64,000 bases of DNA from Aureliella sp. (GTDB lineage Bacteria; Planctomycetota; Planctomycetia; Pirellulales; Pirellulaceae), in the NCBI GenBank assembly GCA_963691875.1, contig OY829846.1, forward strand, positions 672,001 through 736,000, in the 5' to 3' direction. Made by a program: the position numbers and the translations under genes. Within the stretch, counting starts at the first letter, position 1. Each line of letters starts with the position of its first letter. Below, piece by piece: positions 54,339 to 61,852 of this stretch. The notes beneath the pieces are model-generated. The model saw only the letters and a program-made list of their open reading frames with translations. It was not told the origin of the DNA and searched no databases.

Positions 54339-55478
54339 CTAGTTCACGAACATGCTAGCATCGGCAATAGGAGGCTCGGTTTTTGTGGAACGACGCAGGA
54401 CGACAAGTGCCGCGATCAGAGCCGCTGTCAGAACCAGCAGAGTAATTCCAAGCAAAGGTCGAACTGCAATCCAAGCGATCGAGATCGTGGTAAGCGAAAT
54501 AATCGAAGCCAGCAGGAATGCGACGACACCAATCATGAAGCCCGTGATGTCACCAACCATAGGAATCCAACTCACCAATGCTTGAGCCGGGCCAAAGATC
54601 AAGCTGATCCCGATCCCGCACATCAAGAAGCCGCCGCCACGGATGAGCCAAGCCATGACTGTGTTCTCGGACTTTAGTTTTCCAACAAACTCATCTGAAC
54701 TCATTAGGCCATAGTAAAGATCCTCAATCGGCTCGCCATTGCTTGTTTTGTAGGTCGAGAACTTCTCTCCTTGTAGGCGAGCCATCACCGAAACATCCGC
54801 CGGTTTCACAACTTTGAAAGTCATTCGCACATCACCGACTTCCGGTGAACCTGGATTAGGCTTTACCTTCCCCCAGTACAACTCGTTACCGGAGACGACA
54901 AAATGGCCTTCTCCGTCTGCCCCAACCGCTTCCAGAACCGCTGCTTCATTGAGCGCGATGTTCTGCCAGTTGTCCATCTCCTTAAGCAAAGTCGAGGTCA
55001 GCCTATAGGCTCCTAGAGTGACATGCTTTGCGGACTGTCGATGTCCCTTGAAAGGGAGCGTGGGATTCACGTGTCCTGACTCGTGAAAACTCTCGCTGTT
55101 AATCCGCCCCTCGTGCCATCCTTTACTGTAAGAATATGTCTTGCGATCGTTCTTGCGAGAAGAACTTTCATCCCACTGGTACATTTCAACGTGTCGCTTC
55201 AAGTGAATACCGTTCTCGCGGATCGAGAACTCCTCATCTGCCAAAACCTCATCCGTATGAGCGAGACCGCTCAGATGCACGAGTTTATCCTCGAATTCTA
55301 ACATCAATTGTGAGGAATCCGAAATGGTTACTACATCTTGTTCGGCTTCGGCCAGCCCCTTGGTTCGATGAATGGTCCGGTACTCATTCCAAGCATGCAG
55401 AGCGATGCTTCCAGGTACAAGCAGTAGTCCAAACAAGACGCCTGCGATGGCACCTTTCATGCGATTACCAAATGACAT
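54339..55478 (-). CDS. TMEM43/DUF1625-family membrane protein
   Basis: WNEYR, KLVHLSG, LKRHVEMYQWDE, PEVGDVRMTF, and C-terminal TM helices. Confidence 0.85.
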   Translation of the reverse strand: MSFGNRMKGAIAGVLFGLLLVPGSIALHAWNEYRTIHRTKGLAEAEQDVVTISDSSQLMLEFEDKLVHLSGLAHTDEVLADEEFSIRENGIHLKRHVEMYQWDESSSRKNDRKTYSYSKGWHEGRINSESFHESGHVNPTLPFKGHRQSAKHVTLGAYRLTSTLLKEMDNWQNIALNEAAVLEAVGADGEGHFVVSGNELYWGKVKPNPGSPEVGDVRMTFKVVKPADVSVMARLQGEKFSTYKTSNGEPIEDLYYGLMSSDEFVGKLKSENTVMAWLIRGGGFLMCGIGISLIFGPAQALVSWIPMVGDITGFMIGVVAFLLASIISLTTISIAWIAVRPLLGITLLVLTAALIAALVVLRRSTKTEPPIADASMFVN

Positions 55479-55544
55479 TCAATTCAGTCCTCTTCAAGCG
55501 GGTATTGGAGATTGCGAAGTCGAACCACGCAACGAGATTGAAAT

Positions 55545-57269
55545 CTAACGAATACGAAAAACCGCGAAACTTTTGTTAATAACCTTTATCGGATAGACCA
55601 GCTCAAACCTAGGCGGTTGCTCGTGCCTGGCATAATAGGTTCGATCGACCAACATGTACTCGAAGCCGAACTCTTCCTTCAATTCTAAAATCTCCTCGTC
55701 TGTCCAGCCACGGACCAAGCCTGATGGCGTCACTCGAGGAGTCAGTATTTTTACTCGCCGGTACCACTCAATAACGCTTGGAACATCCTGAGGCACATCC
55801 TTCCAGCAAACAACCTCTGCCCTTTCAGCATGCCACTTAAAGGATTGTTGGTATTTTGGCGTCAACCAAAGACTATCAGTAGGTGTATTCTTTCGAATCC
55901 ATTCGCATGCAGCGAGCCAATCGACGTGTCGATTCGAGCGGCCATCTTTCCATTCGATTTCTTGTCGTTCGCCAAAAGTTTCAACGACCAGCTTGTCCGC
56001 CGGAGGAACTGTATCATCCGAGGCTTGGTATGTTCTAAAGGCCGAAAGACCAAGCACCGTAGGCGCCAGCAGAGCGATTCCTACTTTGCGAGCGCCCGCG
56101 AGAAGAATTTTGTTTTCGTCGTCAACCTCGCCGCTCGTTTCAGTTTTTCGCTCGAAACCAAAACTGACGCCTTGCCACAAAACAGCACTCCATGCCAAAG
56201 GCACAGCGATATCCGCCCAACGCAACCAATAAAACCGAAGTAGGCTAGCAGCAAGCACAGGTTGGTACGTTGCGGCATTCGCATCTGCGATGTAACGATC
56301 AATGCACCAACCGATGCATGCGAACAGCGCCGCAAGTGCTGCAATCGAAAGAAGACGCCCACTCCCTCGCAGCGAAAGACGAAGCTCTTCTTCATCCGCA
56401 ACGGCTTGCGGGCTTTGGCGACTCAATGAAAAGTATTTGACTGCAAACCAGACGGCTATAACCAAGAGGAAAAGAATAACAGAGACGCAGGCAGCCCAGT
56501 CTTTCGCTGCAGAAAACGTCGTCGGACGAAGATGGTGATCAAGCCTGAAAAACACATGCACCTGCGCTGCGACGGCGCTCGGGTCATCCCCGCGAATTCC
56601 AAACAGCGCCGGAAGGAGACCAAGCAACGAAATAACGAATGCAATGGCAATCCAATTGAACTGCGAGAAGAAGCTCGGCGCGGAACGACTAAACAACCAG
56701 ACCAATCCTACGCTCAAGCCAGCCCAACCACCGACTAATGGATGCCACAACACACCACAGGCCAGCCACACCCATCCGCGCTCCCATCTATCGTTCAAGG
56801 CAGCAGCTATCCCAAGCAACACGCAAGGATAGGCCAATGATTTCCCTTCAAATCCACCGACAGCCCATTCTCCAGCCCAGTTGCCATAATCCACGGCCAA
56901 GATCCACGTAGCAAGCGCGAATGGTGCAAGCACTCTTGGAATCCGCAGGCTTTGCCCAAACCTAATCCAAGCAAATGACATAAAGCCCCAAGCTAAGAAT
57001 CTCCCAACCCAAGCCACCGCTCCCAGCGGCATAAACAGCGATAAGCTGCCAGCTAGTAAGGTCGAAGCGTAGTGGGAGTTTCCAGAATTCAGAAACAGAT
57101 CGCTAGGCGCAAAACTCGAGTCAAAGAAGTGTCTTGCCTTGGTCAGATAGTGCGATTCATTAACGCCTGGGACCGAGGTCGCTGCTATCACGAATACCAC
57201 AGCGAACTGTACAAACCACTGAACGAAGTCAGCCCGATGCTTCTGCAGCAGCGTCTTCAATTTGGGCAC
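55545..57269 (-). CDS. Polytopic membrane protein (DUF6798-like, GT-C-like topology)
   Basis: PGVNESHYL, AGEWAVGGFEGK, HPLVG, WIRKNTP.D..LTP..FKW.AERAEVV.WKDVP. Confidence 0.65.
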   Translation of the reverse strand: MPKLKTLLQKHRADFVQWFVQFAVVFVIAATSVPGVNESHYLTKARHFFDSSFAPSDLFLNSGNSHYASTLLAGSLSLFMPLGAVAWVGRFLAWGFMSFAWIRFGQSLRIPRVLAPFALATWILAVDYGNWAGEWAVGGFEGKSLAYPCVLLGIAAALNDRWERGWVWLACGVLWHPLVGGWAGLSVGLVWLFSRSAPSFFSQFNWIAIAFVISLLGLLPALFGIRGDDPSAVAAQVHVFFRLDHHLRPTTFSAAKDWAACVSVILFLLVIAVWFAVKYFSLSRQSPQAVADEEELRLSLRGSGRLLSIAALAALFACIGWCIDRYIADANAATYQPVLAASLLRFYWLRWADIAVPLAWSAVLWQGVSFGFERKTETSGEVDDENKILLAGARKVGIALLAPTVLGLSAFRTYQASDDTVPPADKLVVETFGERQEIEWKDGRSNRHVDWLAACEWIRKNTPTDSLWLTPKYQQSFKWHAERAEVVCWKDVPQDVPSVIEWYRRVKILTPRVTPSGLVRGWTDEEILELKEEFGFEYMLVDRTYYARHEQPPRFELVYPIKVINKSFAVFRIR

Positions 57270-57379
57270 TTGGGAGTAGAACGTGTAAAGAAGGGAGGAC
57301 TGTGAGATCTATTGTTGCACTATCCCCATCGTCGACAGCAAAAAAACTACAAAAACTAGTGGCAAAAGTACTTGATTTC

Positions 57380-57407
57380 TTGACTCGGGCCTCATTGTGC
57401 GTAGAGT
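57380..57407 (+). promoter_or_regulatory. Putative sigma70 promoter of csrA
   Basis: TTGACT-N16-TAGAGT about 210 nt upstream of the csrA ATG. Confidence 0.45.
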
Positions 57408-57617
57408 GATGGTACTAGCTTAGCGATGTAGCTTGGTCAGGGTACCGTAGAGACAGACGTGTTTTAGCTTCCCACAGCGTGTGGGAGCCAAACCAGTCAA
57501 AAAAATTGGCTGACAACCGAGAACCAACTCAGTCTCGGCAAACTCGTTTTCCATCGCGTTAATAAGGACAGATTCGCTTTTGGAATTGGCGGCGGGAAAA
57601 ACCAAAGGAAGGGAAAG

Positions 57618-57815
57618 ATGTTAGTTCTATCTCGAAAGAAAAATGAGAGTATTGTCATCAACAATGACATTACCATTGTTGTCGTAGAAATCCGTGGCGA
57701 CAAGGTCCGTTTGGGTGTTGAGGCGCCTCGCGAAGTGCCCGTGCACAGACGTGAAGTCTATGACGCTATTAAGAGAAGTCAGCACGACGATACAGCTGCT
57801 TCTCAGCAGGACTAA
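57618..57815 (+). CDS. csrA: Carbon storage regulator CsrA
   Basis: [41 protein letters not shown]. Confidence 0.97.
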   Translation: MLVLSRKKNESIVINNDITIVVVEIRGDKVRLGVEAPREVPVHRREVYDAIKRSQHDDTAASQQD

Positions 57816-57843
57816 ACCAGACTATACACTCTGGGTTTAGGTG

Positions 57844-57897
57844 AAAGCCTGTATCTCGAACGTCCGGGGACGAGCGAGATATGGGCTTTTTTCTTTT
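57844..57897 (+). terminator. Rho-independent terminator after csrA
   Basis: Stem AAAGCCTGTATCTCG/CGAGATATGGGCTTT with an inner CGTCC/GGACG stem, followed by TTTCTTTT. Confidence 0.8.
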
Positions 57898-58046
57898 GAA
57901 TTTTCTCCCTTTACCAGAACCACGCGTCAGGGGCTGTAAATAAAAAAGTCTGCATTAGAAAACAAGAACTGAGGATCGGACGCGATTCAGTCGATGATTT
58001 GGCAAGTGCTGATTTCAGCTTGTTGGAATTGTCTGCTCAATGAGTC

Positions 58047-58076
58047 TTGACCATTCCTGCTCGCACTGATAAAAAT
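58047..58076 (+). promoter_or_regulatory. Putative sigma70 promoter of tRNA-Glu
   Basis: TTGACC-N17-TAAAAAT with a TG extension, ending about 22 nt before the tRNA. Confidence 0.5.
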
Positions 58077-58092
58077 TCCGCTGGCAGTCGCC

Positions 58093-59460
58093 TCAAGCGG
58101 CCCCTTCGTCTAGCGGTCTAGGACACCGCCCTTTCACGGCGGCAACACGGGTTCGAGTCCCGTAGGGGTCACTTTTTGATTGGTCGAGCAGAGACATGGC
58201 CAGCTTTTCAAGGATATTTGAATTAACAGGTTCAAATGCCTTTCGGCCTGTCTCACGCTGACCAGCCTTTTCCTGCAATGTGTGGGGTACTTTTTGGGGT
58301 ACTTTTGAAGATACCCCAGCAGTCACCCCATCTATCTTTGCCCCGTACTCGGTAGCCCTATTAAAACTTGCCTGCATCGTCATGGCATAGTGGTTATTTG
58401 CTACTGTTGGGCTATTCCCCAGCCAGCTAGTCACATCCTTAGCTGGGTAGCAGGCTAGCAGTTCCGTTTCTCTGGTGGCTCGGAGGTTCTGCATCAGCTT
58501 CGGCCAGGGAACCAGTCCTGCCCTGGTGATAATCTTTTGTAGGGTGGTTCGTAGGTTTGAGTCTGGGCCATACCTAGTCACGACCAGTTCTGCACCACCC
58601 GGTGCCATCTCCCTTGCCCGCAACAGATGTGGTCTTAGCTCGGGGAAGATTGGGCAGCTGCGGATGGCCGGCGATTTGTTGCTGCGGACAATCATCCGGT
58701 TGTTCACCAGGTCTATGTCATCCCATCTCTGGATGCAGCATTCGTGTGCCCGCATGCCGGCATACCTGGCAAAGGCTAGGATGATTCGCCAATCCTCACA
58801 GGGTGCTTTCCTGATGCAGCGATCAATCCACTCTACAGGCACCATGAACATGCGGTCTGGATTCCCCCGCACCGCCGCCACTTCATCTGCAAATGGATTT
58901 TCTGGGATCAGCCTGTATTTAACGGCTGCCTGGAAAAATTGCTTGGCCCTGCCGATTCTACGCCTGACAGTGTTCTCTGCTAGTTTCTTATTAGACAACC
59001 ATTTGCGGTAATCCTCAGCATGGCCGGGTGTGATGGTGTCTAACGTCTTGTCCGTACCAAAATGTTCGACCAGGAACTTGGCCGCCGTTGTTAGCTGCCT
59101 GATTGTCCCAGTCTTCCCTGGGTGCTTTTCTATGTAACTATCCGTCCATTGCTTGATGGTAGGCACGGGGGTTGGTTCTGCCAGCTCAGCTGGTGGCTCT
59201 GCCGGCTGCCTGGGTGCTACCAGTTCCAGCTTGGCCAACTTGCGGTGTAGCTTGTCAGACAGGCCGGCTATCCACTGGGAAATAGCCACATCAGGTTCAG
59301 ACCCCTGCACTTTTCGGCTAACAATGTGTTCCACCTTGGCTGCGATAGCCTCAGCATCCCTGATGGCAATTCTGCCGGGGTATAGGCTGGTCCGGTTCCC
59401 CTGGTGGTCCATGAACCGGATTTCAATAGACCCGTTGGCCCTTCGTTTGATACTAGCCAT
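58093..59460 (-). CDS. Tyrosine recombinase/integrase
   Basis: AGGAG RBS, SAM-like domain (LAENTVRRRI), catalytic R (YAGMRAHE), K (SNKS), QNLRATR, WLGNS, HY. The ORF continues antisense through the tRNA. Confidence 0.9.
   Translation of the reverse strand: MASIKRRANGSIEIRFMDHQGNRTSLYPGRIAIRDAEAIAAKVEHIVSRKVQGSEPDVAISQWIAGLSDKLHRKLAKLELVAPRQPAEPPAELAEPTPVPTIKQWTDSYIEKHPGKTGTIRQLTTAAKFLVEHFGTDKTLDTITPGHAEDYRKWLSNKKLAENTVRRRIGRAKQFFQAAVKYRLIPENPFADEVAAVRGNPDRMFMVPVEWIDRCIRKAPCEDWRIILAFARYAGMRAHECCIQRWDDIDLVNNRMIVRSNKSPAIRSCPIFPELRPHLLRAREMAPGGAELVVTRYGPDSNLRTTLQKIITRAGLVPWPKLMQNLRATRETELLACYPAKDVTSWLGNSPTVANNHYAMTMQASFNRATEYGAKIDGVTAGVSSKVPQKVPHTLQEKAGQRETGRKAFEPVNSNILEKLAMSLLDQSKSDPYGTRTRVAAVKGRCPRPLDEGAA
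58099..58171 (+). tRNA. tRNA-Glu (anticodon TTC), CCA not encoded
   Basis: Acceptor GGCCCCT/AGGGGTC-A, D-arm GTC-TAGCGGTCTAG-GAC, anticodon arm CCGCC-CTTTCAC-GGCGG, T-arm ACGGG-TTCGAGT-CCCGT. Confidence 0.96.
58283..58306. repeat. Perfect 12-bp tandem repeat TGGGGTACTTTT x2 (candidate integrase arm-type sites)
   Basis: Copies at 58283-58294 and 58295-58306, plus an inverted partial TACCCCA at 58312-58318, about 110 bp inside the element end. Confidence 0.7.
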
Positions 59461-59483
59461 CTAGTACAACTCCTGCTGGTTGT

Positions 59484-59569
59484 CACCTGTAGTTATGAAA
59501 TGGGGCAGGCAGGTACAGGTGCCTGCGGTTCGGCCTGGGTAGCTACTCCCTGGCCTAGCCCGGCACCAT
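59484..59569 (-). promoter_or_regulatory. Structured 5' leader of the integrase (three-way junction + pseudoknot candidate)
   Basis: Minus strand: GGGC..[GGCCaGGG-AGTAGCTA-CCCaGGCC]..[GCAGG-CACCTGTA-CCTGC]..GCCC, then TACAGGTG upstream of the RBS. Confidence 0.55.
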
Positions 59570-59586
59570 ATTACCCGATTCTTGCC

Positions 59587-61746
59587 CTAGCCAGCCACCG
59601 ATGCTGACCACACTTGCAACTGCCCCTTCTCATCCCTGACAGCCTGGGCTGCCTTGTCCCATCGCTGGGTCAGGGCATACTCACACTCAACTGGGATGCC
59701 TGGCACAAATGGCTGCATGGACTGCTTGCAAATGTTTTCTATCTCGGCTGCTGCCTGGTTGATGTTGTCTAGCTTGCTCAGCTCGATGATGAACTCATCA
59801 TGGATGAATGCCACAATGCGATAGCCGGCCTGGGTCAGCTTCCACATCGTCTGCTTGCATCCATCCGCTGCCAGTCCCTGGAATGGGGCATTCCTGGCTG
59901 CGGTAAATGGCACACTGCCCCGCATGCGGCCAGTGGTAGTGCTGACTGCGGAATTGAATAGCCGGCGTAGCGGTGATGATTCGCCCACATCTCGCTGCTG
60001 GATGTAGGGCAGCAGGTGGGGATTCCTGCACAGCGTTTCTAGCTGCTGCCAGGTGCGGTAGATGGTCTGTTCCTGGTAGGGTGTGCCATCTTTCTTGCAG
60101 GTGTGGCCGGCCAGTAGCCTACGAAGAATCCCAAGCTGCCAGCCCTGGGACCAGGTAGCCCGCACCTGCACCACATCGGCCTGCAAGACGTTGGCTAGCA
60201 CAGCTGCGGTATCTTCGGCCAGGTACAGCCCCAGCTCAGGATAGACCTGCCTGGTTAGCAACTGGCTGAACTGCTCGGCCTGTTCCAGGGTCATGGATAC
60301 GCCATAGGTGAACTGGGCATAATCGACCAAGGCAGCCGGTCCCAGCCCACCTGGCAGGCCGAAATTGATTGCCTTAGCCTGCTGCCGTAGTTCTTTCTTG
60401 TTGGGCAGTTGGGTGAACTGTTCTAGGTCCAGACCGGCAAACATGGCTGCGGTGTAGCTGTGGGGGTCTGTTCCTTCGATCAGCACATCCCGCAGCTGGC
60501 TGAATCCAATTCGCTCATAGCAGACAGCTGCCAGGGTTCGCAGTTCCAGGGCTGAATAGTCGATGATGAACAGCAGGTTGCCTGGCCTGGCTGTGATGGC
60601 ATCCCTGACTGGGCTGCGTGAAGGCAACTGCTGGATGTTGGGACCACTACAACTGGTGCGGCCAGTTCTAACCATCGTCCGATAGTTGGGGTGGATGGTC
60701 GGCTGGTCCAGGCCGGTGAAGAATGTTCGCAGCTTGGTCAGTTCGGTGTAATCGCAGTAGGCAGCCACCAGTGGGTGCAGCTCCCTGAACTGGCACCAGC
60801 TGTGGTTCACACTGGTGGACAGCCTGCCAGTCGATGTGGTGGGGATGTTCAGCTGGTGCTGCTCAGCAATTGTGGTCAAGTGTTCTACTAGCCGTTTCTG
60901 GTTCATCCTGGGCAGCCCTGATTCTTTGTTCAGCTTGGGCTGGCCTGTTTTCTTGTAGGTGTGCCATAGGCAGCCATCAATTTGCTGCATGGTCTGCACT
61001 GCCTGCTGAATGTCAGCATCAATCTGCTGCTTCAGCTCTGCTGCTCGGTCCAGATCCACATGCAGCCCATGCCTGGTAATGGCTGCCAGGCTGATGGCAG
61101 CTTTCACCTGTAGCTGCTCGGTCAGGAACCCGTAGCTGCGGTTGAGATTGTGGAACTGACATATCTGGCTGGCCTTGCGGGTCAGTTTGCAGAATAGCTG
61201 CCAGGTCGCAGCCGCATCGGTGATGGCATACCGGAAGAATCCGGCATCCAACTGCCCCCAACCCTGGCCGATGGTTTCAGCGTAGCGGGTGCGGTAACTG
61301 TTTTTTTCCAATTCGATGCCAAGATGCTGTTGGGCCAGCTCTGCCAGGGACAGCATGCGGTCATCGTCGGCCTGGGCCAATGTCACCAGGGCATTCAGCA
61401 GCATGGTGTCATGCATCCGGCCTTGGTCCACTGCTGCCCACAGCCAGCTGCGTGCGTCCTCAGCCCCTGTGGTTGCCAGGTGCTTGTCCAGCACCCAGAA
61501 ATCAAACGCCACATTGTGGCACACCAGCTGACAGCCCTGGGGCAGGTGCTGCATCAGGAATGCTGCCATGCGGTCAGGATGGATGATATAGTTCTGCAGA
61601 CCATCCGATGCACTGCACATGCACAACTGCGGTATGTTCTGGCCCTGAATCAGGGTGGTTTCTGTGTCCAGGCTGATGTGGTTCCCCAGCTGCTGGCCAG
61701 TCCAGAAATCCCATTCCGTTTGCTGGGCTATTTCCAATGTGAGCAT
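59587..61746 (-). CDS. Family-A DNA polymerase with 3'-5' exonuclease, no 5' nuclease (phage type)
   Basis: ExoI LDTET, ExoII HNVAFD, ExoIII YAITD, TGRTSCSGPNIQQLP, motif A DYSALELR, motif B RQQAKAINFG, motif C IHDE. Confidence 0.92.
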   Translation of the reverse strand: MLTLEIAQQTEWDFWTGQQLGNHISLDTETTLIQGQNIPQLCMCSASDGLQNYIIHPDRMAAFLMQHLPQGCQLVCHNVAFDFWVLDKHLATTGAEDARSWLWAAVDQGRMHDTMLLNALVTLAQADDDRMLSLAELAQQHLGIELEKNSYRTRYAETIGQGWGQLDAGFFRYAITDAAATWQLFCKLTRKASQICQFHNLNRSYGFLTEQLQVKAAISLAAITRHGLHVDLDRAAELKQQIDADIQQAVQTMQQIDGCLWHTYKKTGQPKLNKESGLPRMNQKRLVEHLTTIAEQHQLNIPTTSTGRLSTSVNHSWCQFRELHPLVAAYCDYTELTKLRTFFTGLDQPTIHPNYRTMVRTGRTSCSGPNIQQLPSRSPVRDAITARPGNLLFIIDYSALELRTLAAVCYERIGFSQLRDVLIEGTDPHSYTAAMFAGLDLEQFTQLPNKKELRQQAKAINFGLPGGLGPAALVDYAQFTYGVSMTLEQAEQFSQLLTRQVYPELGLYLAEDTAAVLANVLQADVVQVRATWSQGWQLGILRRLLAGHTCKKDGTPYQEQTIYRTWQQLETLCRNPHLLPYIQQRDVGESSPLRRLFNSAVSTTTGRMRGSVPFTAARNAPFQGLAADGCKQTMWKLTQAGYRIVAFIHDEFIIELSKLDNINQAAAEIENICKQSMQPFVPGIPVECEYALTQRWDKAAQAVRDEKGQLQVWSASVAG

Positions 61747-61759
61747 GTTGAATCCTGAA

Positions 61760-61850
61760 ATCTACAGCCTCTACAGCTCTACACATCTACAGGCCTGTCT
61801 CGGCATGTCTCATCTGTTGTAGATGTGTAGATGCGTAGATGTGTAGATGT
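61760..61850. repeat. Inverted iteron-like array, candidate replication origin
   Basis: TCTACA at 61761, 61770, 61778 and 61786; a 26-bp spacer; then YGTAGA(TG) at 61818, 61826, 61834 and 61842. Confidence 0.75.
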
Positions 61851-61852
61851 GG

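Noticed and set aside
61760..61850. CRISPR array or simple microsatellite
   Set aside because: Units are 8-9 bp with no unique spacers and occur in two opposing blocks; no cas genes are present.
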